From NCBI RefSeq assembly GCF_009914755.1, contig NC_060928.1: a stretch of DNA of 64,000 nt; one strand, written 5' to 3'. This stretch comes from the human T2T-CHM13v2.0 reference genome, Homo sapiens. The notes beneath the pieces are model-generated. The model worked only from the letters and a program-made list of their open reading frames with translations. It searched no databases and was not told the DNA's origin. The translations under genes and the position numbers were made by a program. Shown here piece after piece: positions 28,681-42,446 of the stretch (positions within the stretch are counted from its first letter, which is position 1; every line of letters starts with the position of its first letter).

Positions 28681-29346
28681 GGGTTCAACAAGAAATTTGA
28701 GCTAACAGAAGAAAAATTTAGCACACTTGAAAATCGATTACGAGATTATGCAACTAAAGAATAAAGAGGAAAAAAGTAGGAAAAATGAATGACCAGAGCC
28801 TCAAAGAAATGTGGGACACTATTAAATGTACCAATATATGTCAGATGGGATTATCAAAAGAGTGAAGGGAGAAAAAGAAACACAAAGGGTATTCAAAAAA
28901 TTATTTCCTAAAAACTTTGCAAATTTGGTGAAAATTATTAATTTACACATATAAGAAGCTCAGTGAACTAGAACTAAAATAAACAAAGAAATCCATATGC
29001 AGATATATCATCATAAAAATTTTGAAAACAAAGGCAATCAGCAAATCTTGAAAGTCGCAAAAGAACTCATCACATAGAAGTGAAACACAAAATTAACTAT
29101 TCACTTCTCAATAGAAACTGTGGGATCCAGAAGGAAGTGGAAAGAAAAAAGAAAATAGTAAATCAGTAATTGTATATCTAGCAAAGCTATCTTTCAAAAA
29201 TAGCGGTGAAATAAATACATTCACAGATATATCAAAACTGAGAGAATACATTGCCAAACCTCTCTTACAAGAAATTACAAATGTAGTTCTTCAGACTGAA
29301 AGCAAATAACCACAGAGAGTAATTTGAATCAACATAAAGAAATAAA

Positions 29347-29589
29347 GGCTGGGTGTGGTGGCTCATGCCTGTATTACCAGCACTTTGGGAGGCCAACGCG
29401 GGCAGATCATGAGGTCAGGAGTTTGAGACCAGCCTGGCCAACATGGTGAAACCCCGTCTCTATTAAAAATACAAAAATTAGCTGGGTGTGGTGGCAGGTG
29501 CCTGTAATCCCAGCTACTCAGGAGGCTGAGGCAGGAAAATTGCTTGAACCCAGGAGGCAGAGGTTGCAGAAAAAAAAAATAAAAGAAAG
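29347..29589 (+). mobile_element. AluSg-like element lacking the last ~57 nt of the right monomer
   Basis: gatcatgaggtcaggagtttgagaccagcctggccaacatgg; ...aggttgcag joins directly to the A tail. TSD AAAGAAATAAA at 29336-29346 and 29590-29600. Confidence 0.9.
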
Positions 29590-32500
29590 AAAGAAATAAA
29601 GAATGTTGGTAAAGGTAATTACGTATTTATGGAAGACGGTATATATATTTCTTTTCTCTTCTCATCAGATTTAAAAAGCAATGATAGAAAACAATATGCA
29701 TATAATTTCATTGCTATGACTATAACAGGTGTAAATGCAGTATATTTTTAATAACAGCAGAAAAAAGACAGGTGGGAGAAAAGCCATATTGAAGTAAGGA
29801 AGTAACACCAAATAGTATTTAAATTTACAAGAACAAATGAAGAGTAGAAAAATGTCATAGAAGAAAGTTTGTGTAGAAACCTATAAATATATACTTTCTC
29901 TGCCTTCTTATTTCAAGTTTTAAAAACATAAAATTATATAAAGTATAAACTATAACAATGTATTGCTGAATTTGTCACATATATGGATGTAATGTGCAAT
30001 AATAAAGAAGGAAGGAGGGAGGAATAGAGTTATGTAAATATAATGTTTCTATACTTCACTGGAAAAGCCACTGTGAAATTGAAAAAGATTCTGAGAAGTT
30101 AAAATGTATATTGAAACTCTTAAGCAGCCACTAGGAATAAATCACAAGGGAGATTAGGAAATATTTTGAGATGAATAAAAATGAAGACCCAACTTACTAA
30201 TACTTAGAGGAAGCAGCAAAATTAGTGCTTAGAGGGAAATTCATAGCTGTAAAATGCCTTTATTAAAAATAAAAAAGCTTTCAAGTCAATAACCTATTAT
30301 TTCTCCGTAAAACATTGAAAAAAAGCGTATTAAATATAAAGCAATTAGAAGGAAAGAAATAATAAAGATTAGAACAGAAATTAATGAAATAGAGAAGAGA
30401 AAAGCAATAGAGAAAAACAATAAAATTAAAATTTGGTTATTTGACATGATCAACTAAATTGGAAAAACTTTAGATAGACCAAGTGGGGGAAAAGGCACAA
30501 ACTGGTAAAATCAATAATGAAACTGGAGACAACACTATTGACCTTATACAAATAATAACTGCCATGAGGTAATACTATGAACATTCTATGCCAAATATTT
30601 GATAACTTAGATAAAATTAGTAAATGTCTAGACACACACAAACTACTGAAATTGATTCAAATGGAGATAGAAAATATAAATAGACTTATAACAAGTAAAT
30701 TGAATGACTTAGTAAATTAAAAACTTCACACAAATAAAAGCAAGGAACAGGTGACTTCTACCAAACATACAAAAAATAATTAATGCTTGTAATTTGTGAC
30801 TTCTCTTCCCTTTATACATAAAAAAAGAAGAGCAAAGAATATTTCTCAATTAATTACATGAGGCTAGTATCACCCTGACATCAAAGCCAAACAATGATGT
30901 CTAAAGAAAAAGAAATGTGCAGACCAGTATCTCTATTAATAGAGTTTAAAAAATACCCAAAAAGGCACTAGCAATCAAACTCAATAATATACAAAACTGA
31001 TTATATGCAATAACAAAGTGGGATTTATCATAGGAATACAAGGTTAACTTAACATCTAAAAATCAATTAGAGTAATATACCATATCAAGAGAATAAAGGA
31101 GGAAAAAGTATGTAACAAATCCAACATCCTTCTATGATAAAAATACATGCAGATACATACAGAAACAGAGACTTCTTCAACTTGATAATAGGTATCTGTG
31201 AAAAATCTACAGCTAACATCATGCCTAATGGCGAAAGACTGCATACTTTCCCCTTAAGACCAGGCATAAAACAAGGATATTTGTTCTTGCCATTTCTATT
31301 CAACATTGTACTGAAAGTTACAGTCAGGACAATTAGACAATAAAATAAAATAAAATAAAATATAGCCAGATTGAGGATGAAGAAGTAAAAGTATTTCTAT
31401 TTGCACATGACATAATCTTATACATAGACAATCCTAAGGAATCCACTGAAAAACTCTAAAAATAATAAATGAGCTCAGCAAATTTGGAGGTTTGGATGTT
31501 ACAAGAGCCATATACAAATATCAATTGTACTTCTATACAAAAAATTAACAATATAAAATTGGAATTTTAAAAGATTTTTGTTTATAATAGCATCAAAAAG
31601 ATTAAAATACTTAGGATTGTATTTGATCAAAGAAGTTCAAAATTTAGACTCTGAAAATTATAAAATATTGTTTAAAGAAATTATAGCCTACCCAAATAAA
31701 TGAAAAGACAACCCATGTTCACGTATCAGAAGACTTAATATTGGTAAGAGCTGTATTTCCCAAATTGAGTTGCAGATTGACTGCTATCACTGTCAAAATC
31801 CCAGTTGTTTATTGTGCAGAAATTGATAAGATGATCCTAAAATTCATATGGAAATTCAAAAGACCCAGAATAGTCAAAATCATCTTGAAAGAAAAGAACC
31901 ACTTCACGCCCACTAGAATGACTATAATAAAGGTAGATAATAACAAGGGTTGGTGAGAGCAATTGGAACACTCATGAATTGCTGGTAGAATATAAAATGG
32001 TGCTCACACTTTGGAAACAGCATGGCTATTCATCAAAATGTTAAACATAAAGTTAGTGACCCAGTAATTCCACTTCTGGGTAGATACTAAAGAGAAATAA
32101 AAACATATCTCCACACAAAAACTTGCACCTGAATGCTCATAGCAGCATTATAAAAACTAGCCAGAAAGTGGAAACAACCCCAAAACAACCCAAATGTCTA
32201 TGAACTGATAAGGAATGGATATATAATAGGTAAAGAAAATATGATAGAGCCATACAATGAGACATTATTTGTCAATAAAAAGGAATGAAGTACTGATATA
32301 TGTTACAATGTGTTTGAACCTTAAAAACATTATGTTAAGTGAAAAAATCAAGTCAAAAAGACCATGTAATGTATGATTCTACTTATATCCCACGTCCAGT
32401 ATAAGCAAATCTGTGAAGACAAAAAGTAAATTAGTTATTTGCTTAGGTTGAGGGAGTGGGGAGAAATGGAAAGTGATTGCTAAGGGTACTTTTTTAAAAT

Positions 32501-32914
32501 GAGTTGATGAAAATGTTCTAAAATTATGATTAGTTTGCACAGATCTGTGAATACACTGAAAACCATTGAAGTTTACACTTTAAGTGGGTGAACCTTATGA
32601 TATGTTAATACCAATATCAATAAAGCTGCTAAAATGATACAATGGTAACTTGCACTAAGTTGATTGATAGTAGAAGTGGTAAGACGTCAAATTAGTCAGT
32701 TCTAAATACATTTTCAACTAGAGGCAACGGATTAGATGAGAGAAAGAAAGGTAATATATGAATTCAATATTTATGGCTTTGAAGGATGTAATTGACATTA
32801 ACCTTGAAGAAAAATATTAGGTTTTAGTTAATACGCAAATATTTTTAAATTAATGCAATAGTAAGTGTGAGTTATATCACACAGGATCCTCTGTATTTCT
32901 TATTTCTAGTTAGA

Positions 32915-33495
32915 TGTGATAGGCAGCTTCTATAATGTCTTCCAACTAGTTATCGCTGTCTCCTGATATTCCCTTTATTGTTTATGTTCCCTCTTTTTGA
33001 GCGTGTGCTAGACCTAGTGACTGGCTTCTTCTGAAGAGTATATGGTATAAGTGAAGAGGTATTGCTTCTGATATTTATATAATAAAAGACTCTGAATCAA
33101 TCTGTCTCTTTTTCTCTTCCTCTCTCAGAGCCTTAGCTCTAATGAAGCCAATTACTGTGTTGTGAGCTGCCATCCTGAATGACCCACATGGCAAGGAACA
33201 CAGGGCAGACCCAGGCAGCAGCTGGTGGGAAATTGAGGTCTTCAATCCAACAGCTTGTGAGGAGCTGAATCTTGCCAATAACCATGTGAGCTTGGCAGCA
33301 GGTCCACCCTCCAGTTGAGCCTTGAAATGACTGCCACCTCAGCTGACACCTTGATTGACATCTGTGAGAAATCCTGAACTGCAGGATCCAGTTATTTCAT
33401 ACTCAACTTCCTGACTTCATAAACTGTTAAATAATTAAAGTGTGTTTTAGGTCTTTATAGTCTAAGTAATTTGTTATTAAACAATATCTAAGATA
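32915..33495 (+). mobile_element. MLT1F-type MaLR LTR
   Basis: ccacatggcaaggaac...gctgaatcttgccaataaccatgtgag...gctgacaccttgattg...taatttgttat. Confidence 0.8.
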
Positions 33496-33609
33496 TCTGA
33501 ATGTTAACTAATGCACTCAATTACTGAAGTAATTTACATAGAAATTTGTACTAAATTGGCAGGTGTTCCATATGATACCTCAAGATCTTGTTCAATTTCC
33601 AAAAAATGT

Positions 33610-33970
33610 TTTATTATTTTATTTTATTGTGGTAAGAACAATTAACATGATATCTACCTTTCTGACAAATTTTTAAGTACACAATATTATTATTGGCTGT
33701 AAACACAATGTTGTATGGCAGATCTCTAGAACTTATTCGTCTTGACTAAAGCTTAATGCCCCTTGATTATTAAATCGTCTTTTCTCATTTCCTTCAGTCC
33801 CTAAAAACCACCATTCCACTCTTTGATTCTACCAATTTGACTGTTTTAGATACCTTATATAAGTGGAATTATGCAGTACTTGTCTTTCTGTGACTGGCTT
33901 ATTTCACTTAGCATAATGCCCACAAGGTTCATCCATGTTGTCACGTGTTACAGAATTTCCTTCTTTTTTC
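33610..33970 (-). mobile_element. L1MA9-L1MB-type 3' end
   Basis: ttttattgtggtaagaacaattaacatg...cagatctctagaacttatt...ggcttatttcacttagcataatg. Confidence 0.85.
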
Positions 33971-35159
33971 AATGCCTTGGTGCTTCAGGGTTTTTTATTA
34001 CTGTGATTAAATCTTTCCTGCACATGTGGATCCACTCTTGAGTGTAAAGATTTTTTTATTTGTTATTGAACCTCCAAAATACACTATTTATTCATTGTGA
34101 ATTTTTGTTGCATATTTGTTCACAATTTTGTTTTAGTGTAAATATCCTTATCTTCTCTAAATTCCCTACCTTTAAATACCCTATAAGTTATTATCAGTTT
34201 TTTTCTGCATTTGTGGCATAATACAAGGCTGTAAACTGGATAATCCAGTAAAAATACTGTAAAGCATTGTCAACATTGAAAGGAAGCTCTCTCTCAGTTT
34301 CATTTCATTATACTATTAATTTGTTATCATATTACTTTATTTCTTTTTAATATGACACATACATAGCTGATTGAGTGTGCAGCCTATTATGACACTTAAG
34401 GATTTTCCATAGTCTCTCTTTAATAGATTTGTGTTTTTATGAGAACAATTTAAATGTCAGCATTTTTTACTTAATGTATATTGTGTAATTATGAAAAAAG
34501 TTATATAGATTTCATAAATATGTGTAGCTTTTTAAAATCAGAATTTAAAATCCTATGTCTTTATTTCAAGAATCTTCACTTAGTCATGAAAATGATACCA
34601 GACTGCTCAATAACACAGCAAGTAAAATTCACATCATCATTGAAAATGTCAATATTAAGGACAAAAACTTGATACTTACCCCTTCAGGATATTTCATGTC
34701 TGCAACTATTAGTGAACTGAAAAGCCCTACTGGCTTGAAAACTTTAATGAGTTTATATGTAAAACTTAAAACAACAAAATACAATTTTTAAACTTTTTTT
34801 TCAAGTCTATTGTGGAATAAAGGTAAACAGTTCAGTGTATGGTATATGCACTTTTCTTTCTATGGCTGGAAAATAGCTGTAGGTTAAATTGGGAATAAGT
34901 TTTGGTAATTTTTTTTATTAGTGCTTTCATGTTGGCCAGTGTTTCTAGTTCTCTTTAGCCTTCATTCATCTATTGTTGTTATTGAAGCTTTGCATCTATT
35001 TATTGACGTACTCAAGCAACTGAATAGCAGCAAAGATCTATGAGTTATTGAAGGAAAAAGAACCAAAAAGTATTTTTCTCCACCCTACTGCCATACTAAG
35101 AAGGGTATCTTGTAACTGCCATATTTCGGTTGACTATGCTTGTCATTAGACTAAGATCC

Positions 35160-35330
35160 TGTATACAAACACACACATATACACATGACATATATGTGCA
35201 TGGAGTAAGCATAATACATCCACACACATGTACACCCCCACTGCATACATTGGTGCTCATGGATTAAGCATATACATACACATAACTCCCACATGCATAT
35301 ACATATTCACATGGCATATGTGTGTGTGTA
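35160..35330. repeat. Degenerate CA/TA-rich low-complexity tract
   Basis: Multiple acacac/atatac/catatg runs. Confidence 0.6.
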
Positions 35331-36884
35331 TGGATGAAGCAATAACAATAACAATGTTTTATATTAATAAAGTCTCTTCCAACATGATGAAATGTGGCAA
35401 TGTGTTTCTCTCATGATTTTTAAACATATTACAAGAGAAAACAAACTCCATCCGGAAACATTTCAGAGAAATTCCACAAATGAAACTACTCAGATAGATT
35501 GTATTTAAAAAATACAATTTTTGAAATATCAATATCAAGCTATTAATATATCTGAATATGTTTGAATCATTTTTGGAACTGCTATGAGAACAAGTGTGCT
35601 TTTGAGACTGACAATCCCTCTGACAGCCAAGGTCATATCAAGGGATAATGAGGAATGTCAGAATAGAACTTAAAAAAAGGATTTAAAGACTTTTGATTTT
35701 TATCTGTATGAATTGTTCATTTAGTTTGAAAATATTTTCTCATAATTGCTTCAATTCCAGCTAGATAAGGATTTCATGATGTTCATTCCAAATTTGTGGA
35801 CCGATGTAATCCACAAATGATCACAGAATTTTAAAACTGAAATTGATCAGTAGCATTATCTGGTCCAGTGCCTTTGGTTGGCAAATGAGTTGATGTAAAT
35901 TAATTATCTAAAAACTTTGTAGTTTAGAGAATGAAAGAGCAAGTCATTACTATTTCGAGAGAGGAAAGTGAGATATAAAGACATTAAATAAGTTGCCAAT
36001 TTTATCAGAACTTGTTACTAGCAGTCAAGACTAAAATTTACTCCACCAATATCCAGTTAGTGTTTCTGCTATCCTATCCTATCTTGATACTGTTGATGGC
36101 TCTAAAGTGTCAGCTGGATGTGAAAAGATAATAATTTAATAAGAAAGAGATATATCTCTTGGCTCTCTGGATAGCACACATATTGTCATGTTATGTTGAC
36201 AATAAAGGTGGGGTTCTGAATGTCACTGCTTGAAGAGTCTTGAGTTTTATTGAGCTGAACTCCAGAAGGAAAAGGACAGTGTCATTTCAGTATGATATAT
36301 GTTTAATGGACTTCATTTTAGTCGTAATATTTGGACTATGTAAAATACAATAAGATTTTTTACACAATATATTTATAGGAATAAGTGTAGTTTCTAGCCA
36401 CGCTGACTAAACAAATGTAATTACTCTGAATGGACTCTAAATAGCTTTCAACATTTCATTACAAAGCAATTACATCTGAGTCTTCTCAGAGCTCTCAGCA
36501 TGGCTCTTAAAAAAGAAATTACACAAACAGGTGAAATCAACCATTATGAAATATAACCTATATCCCTAAAACGCAAGGCTCTAGAGTAGGAGTGTAGTGG
36601 AATGAAGTGGGGGAAGTTTAAGACAGGTGATAAACATGTTTTATTTTCAAGGTAAGTGTCCTGAGAGAATTTAGCATGCTTACTCAAGGTAAGTTTATTT
36701 TTGAAATGGAAAAGATTTACTTAATTTTATAATGCTATGAAGCAGTACCACATTTATGAGACATTTCCTAAAAGTTAAGTAAAAAATGACCCCTTGTAAA
36801 TCCATATTTTTTTTAAAAAAAATTAGGTGTTTTAAAAGCAAGATGTAATTGCATGCTCCTCTGTATTTAGAAAGGTCATAATTG

Positions 36885-37115
36885 GTTAATTAACACTATT
36901 GAATGCTTACTGTGTGCCAGCCGCTGCTCTAAGCACATTATGTATATCCTCCCAGCAATTCCATGAGGTAGTTGTTACCATTATCTCAGTTTTATAAATG
37001 GAGAAACAGACATAGAGAATCTAAGTCATTTGTTCAAGGTCAAGCAACCATCAATGGAAGGTGAGGATTCAAACAGATAATCTGGTGCCTGAGTCCTTGA
37101 TCTTAACCACTTTTT
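36885..37115 (-). mobile_element. MIR
   Basis: attgaatgcttactgtgtgccag...ggagaaacagacatagagaatctaagtcatttgttcaaggtca...cttaaccac. Confidence 0.85.
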
Positions 37116-37507
37116 ATGTTTTCTACATTTACTACTAAGAATCCTGTGTGCAGATCTGACATTGGTCTGGGGATTTAGAGACTCAAAGAGTGATGAGCTA
37201 TTAGCTTAACAACTGGGCATAACTTTGTAACATATCATAGTATTAATTTGACTTGCGCTATGCTTCCAAAGATGGCTTAAAACAACGAAAATATCAGTAA
37301 ATCACACAGTACTAATGAATCACAACAGTTTAAGTTAGGAGTTCCTAACTAGGAACTAGGGTCTTTGCTGGATTCACAAACCCTTTGTGATTGTATGTCC
37401 CACTGGGTGAAGATGTGAGAATGTGCATCTGAGCATTTTTCAAGGGAAAATGTTTCTGTCTTTTGTTAGATTCTTAAAGGAATACATGGCTTAATTAACG
37501 TCTAGAG

Positions 37508-37862
37508 CAGGGATGAGCAAACTTTTTTTTGGTAAAGATTGAGATAAAAATATTTTAGGCTTTGTGGACCATAGGATCTCTTTCACAACCATTCAACTCC
37601 GCCATTGCAATGTGAAAGCAGCTGCAGGCAATTCGTAAAGGAATGAGTGTGGCAGTCTTCCAACAAAATTTTATTTATGAACATTTAAATGTAAATTTTA
37701 TATAATTTTTACATGCCACAAAATATCACTGTTCCTTTGATTGCTTACTTTTGATTTGAATTATTAAGAAATGTTTTTAAAAAAGGCTTTCTTAGGTCAG
37801 GGATCATAAACAGCAAGTAGCACTCCAGAATTGGCTTAAAGGTCACAATTTTCCAGCCCCTC
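37508..37862 (+). mobile_element. MER58B-type hAT-Charlie DNA transposon
   Basis: Starts CAGGGatgagcaaacttttt, ends ccagcccctc; flanked by GTCTAGAG at 37500-37507 and 37863-37870. Confidence 0.85.
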
Positions 37863-37870
37863 GTCTAGAG

Positions 37871-38042
37871 CAAGTGATTCTTAGTGTAGAATCATGGGGA
37901 TCATCTGGGAAGTTTCTGAAATGCAAATTGTCAGGCCTCTCTGCAGATCTACTGAATCAGAAACTGTGCTAATGGACCAAGCAGTCTGTGTTTCAGAAGT
38001 CTTCTAGGTGAAATAGATCACACTAAAATATGAGAGCCACTG
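37871..38042. mobile_element. MER5A-type hAT-Charlie DNA transposon
   Basis: aaatgcaaattgtcaggcct...ctactgaatcagaaact...tgagagccactg; flanked by GTCTAGAG at 37863-37870 and 38043-38050. Confidence 0.85.
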
Positions 38043-38090
38043 GTCTAGAGTCATGGCTCCAAACATTCAACTCATTCATTTCTTCCTTCA

Positions 38091-39101
<1,011 letters not shown>

Positions 39102-39455
39102 AATAAATTATTTTTGAATGGTTAATTATATTGCACCAAGAATGAAAGTTGTACTATTTTTTCATCTTCATAGATACAAGAGTAGTCATCTCGTAAAATA
39201 GGAGTTGAAAGCTTTCTGAAAATAACTTACTTTTTGAAATATATTTTCTATATAATTACATAATGGTCCTTTACATATACACACATGCCTGAAACAAAAT
39301 ATCACAAAGTTATATGTACCCTCAATACATGTGATGCACCCTGATATTATATTTTATTCTATTTCTATCATATTCAACCCAATACATTAATTTTACACTT
39401 CCACCACAAGATCACAACTTATAGTTCAAAAGATACCACAATAAAATGTGCTCAC

Positions 39456-39610
39456 CAGTGCAAATTCCTTGTTGAGAATCATCTGCTCTACTAAAGATGA
39501 CTCGTTGTGGAAGAGGTGGGGCTGCATGTGGCTCCACATGTGAGGAAACCACCAGAACTCATCCACAGACCGAAGTAAAAGGTCATCTCCTTCATCTTCC
39601 TCTTCAGTCC
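39456..39610 (-). CDS. NDST4: NDST4 coding exon (155 nt, probably exon 4): (G)[51 protein letters not shown]
   Basis: Minus strand reads ctttatgttttaaAG|GGACTGAAGAGG...GAATTTGCACTG|GTgagcac. Phase matches the previous exon (G+GG = Gly). Contains the conserved deacetylase HMWSH motif, whose histidines are the metal ligands in NDST1. Confidence 0.97.
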
Positions 39611-39964
39611 CTTTAAAACATAAAGTTAAAAATAACTTTAGTGAAAATTTCTTACTATCTTAAAGGTTATTTTTGTCAGATTTATGTTAATTTTTCATGC
39701 TGCTGATACATATATCCAATTCTGTGGGCTTTTTAAATCAGAATAAAAGACCACAGTCTAAAATGAATCAAAGGCAAAGGGACTTGGGATTAGGATGGGG
39801 TGAGTAGGCATGGCTGGCACCAGGTCAGACAGTTGTTTAATTTAGAATTTAAGGGTATTTTATACTCTTACATATATGTTATACCCTTATATGTATTTTA
39901 TACCCTAACATATATTTTTTACCCTTAAATGTTAATGGTAATTCTCAAATAATTGGACATAAAT

Positions 39965-40310
39965 TTTAACTCATAACATTTGTTAATTTTTTTCTGATTA
40001 CATAAATAATATATGTTTATTAAAGAAATGTCAAAAGCACAGGCAAGTAATACACAAAGCCCAAAAACAAACACAAAAACAACAACAAAAAACCTGTAAG
40101 ACCATCTTCTAGAGCTAACCAGTAAAAACATTTTTGTATTATTTTCAAAAATCTTTTTCTACTTATATTTTAAAAGTTTAGCTCTTGCTGTACTAATATT
40201 TTTGCATGCTTAAATTTTTCACTTAATGTTATACATATCAAATTTCCCATTTTAATATAAATATTTCATAAAAACTAAACAATGGATCTGATAATTGTTT
40301 ATAATATGTG
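39965..40310 (-). mobile_element. L1ME-type 3' fragment
   Basis: tttttctgattacataaataatatatgtttat...ctagagctaaccagtaaaaacattttt...ttttcacttaat. Confidence 0.5.
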
Positions 40311-40839
40311 TGACTTGAGAATTTAAAACTAGTATCACTTTCTCTTCTTCTTTTGGGAAAATTTGTTAACAGCACCCAATACATAGGAAATAAAAACAAA
40401 AAACATTGTTATGCCACAGTTAAGAAAAAAAAAACTTACTTCTAAGAGAATTAATTATATTGCAGCTATCCAAGAATATCCACAAATGAAATGATAGAGT
40501 TTTCGTATGATTTTGTACAATTTTACTATATACAGCTGAATTTACAAATGTTGTGAATCGATAACATAAGAATTAATTCCTGCTTGCTCTCTTACTACTT
40601 AACTGTGTAAATAAGAGAATAAGTCCTGGCTTATAGTGTGGGTTGTATTATTTGGTTTATTCTCTCACAAAAGAATATGTTTTACAGATGGATGTTTGAT
40701 TTTTTATTTTTATTTTTTACTTAAATTTAGGGAATAAATATTAAAGATGGTTATAAGGATTTTCTCTGAATGTTCCATGTGTGTGTCTTAAAGATTTCCA
40801 TGGTCATGAGAGTAGCTCCATGAAAGGATTAAAGCATGT

Positions 40840-41050
40840 ATTTGGTGTCACTCAGTACTTGGAGCAGAGTCCCTAGTTTTGCCACTTAATTAACTATGTG
40901 ATCTTGGACAAGTTAACCTCTCTAGGTCTTAGTTCCCTGTTTTAAAATAGGATTATAAATACCTGTTTTACAGGGTCTTAGTGAAGAGTTGATGAGATTA
41001 ATTTATTAAAGCACTTAATATTGCTACTTGCAAGTAGTAAGCACTTTTTG
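40840..41050 (+). mobile_element. MIR
   Basis: gccacttaattaactatgtgatcttggacaagttaacctctctaggtcttagtt...aagcactta. Confidence 0.8.
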
Positions 41051-42206
41051 AATATACCTTAAAAATTCTATCTATTGCTTTGTATTTGCTGTGTTTTGAA
41101 TTTATATGTATTCACACTGTTTTAGAAACTTTGCCTGCGTAGATTATAAATTTCTTACAGTCAGGGACTGGATCCCTTTACCTTGTACTGTAACACGCCA
41201 CTTACCCAGAGCAGTGAATAAATGAATAATTTAATTTAGTCTATATTTAACAAAGTCAGTAGATTAAGCAGCTTCACATGGCCACCAAAGTATATAGCAA
41301 CTTCTTTCTTTTATGTATACTCACTGTTCCTGGAATAGAGTTCATAATTCATAATCTTTGAAAGGTATAAGGACCTTCAGGTTTAATTAGGGCTTTGGCA
41401 CCTTCAATGCTACTACACAGAGTAAAGAAATTCTATTACTATTAGAAATTTTGAAAGTAATAAAGTCCTATAATTAAGATGAGCAGAGGATTTCTTAATT
41501 TTTGTTTTAGCTAACAGTGTTAGTATTACTGACTCATAATTCATTGACTTTTGTTAATATATTAAGAATATGAAATATTAAAATTCAAAAGAAGAAGAGT
41601 TTACCACTTCCTCAGATGAGGTGTTTATATGTTTCTCATGGTCATATTTTAGCAAATTGAGGCACAGATTAGAAAGAGTTACATTATGTCACATATGATG
41701 AAAGAATTGATAGTTCTCCCACCCTCCTGGAATTGTCTTGTGTGCTTTGAATACAGAGTGTTTGAAAAATGCTTCCATTCATTTTAAACTCTGCTGATCA
41801 TTATTGCAAGTGGCAGGAAGCACATAATGCACACTTGACCAGGTAGGAGGTCAATTACTCAATTTAAAGAAAATTTTGTGGACTATTGATAGAAACAGAT
41901 GCATGACTGATCATAAAATCTTAGCAATTTTTATATTAGAGATTATGTTAATTTATAAACACCCTCAAAAAAGCTGAGAGTAACGTTTAAGACTTTCCTT
42001 TTGTTTGCATCATGGATTAATTTTTGTCAGCTTTTCTCTTGTTTTATGCTGGTCATATAATTCAAAGCCACATGAGGCAAACCTTTGACACTGGAAACAG
42101 CTTAATAAAAAATATGATACTAAGCCATACTGAGGGACAGCAGCAGAATCTCAAATGATTTCAAATCCAACTAGATGAAAGTATTACATTTTGGACTTCC
42201 TGTAAA

Positions 42207-42446
42207 CATTTATTTTTCTGTACCTAATATATACTTAAATTATATGTGGAAATATCATTTGCAGTTTATATGTGACCAGATTAGCGCATTTATTTTTCTA
42301 TACCTAATATATACTTAAAGTATATGTGGAAATATCATTTGCAGTTTATATGTGACCAGATTAGCACATTTATTTTTCTGTACCTAATATATACTTAAAT
42401 TATATGTGGAAATATCATTTGCAGTTTATATGTGACCAGATTAGCA
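42207..42446. repeat. Tandem repeat, 80-bp unit x3
   Basis: Units start at 42207, 42287 and 42367 (CATTTATTTTTCTGTACCTAATATATACTTAAATTATATGTGGAAATATCATTTGCAGTTTATATGTGACCAGATTAGCR); only 3 variable positions. Confidence 0.97.

Larger units (their letters stand above)
24625..32635 (+). mobile_element. Old LINE-1 (L1MB7/8-like 3' end) retaining 5' region, ORF1 and ORF2 remnants, with internal deletions; interrupted by THE1 and Alu
   Basis: ORF1-like sequence at ~25870-26190 and 28681-29335; ORF2-like at 30140-31900. 3' UTR gatgaaaatgttctaaaatt...tctgtgaatacactgaaaacc...caataaagctg. Confidence 0.85.

Noticed and set aside
42207-42446. Regularly spaced repeats as a CRISPR-like array
   Set aside because: Units are contiguous with no unique spacers, there are no cas genes, and the context is a primate intron.
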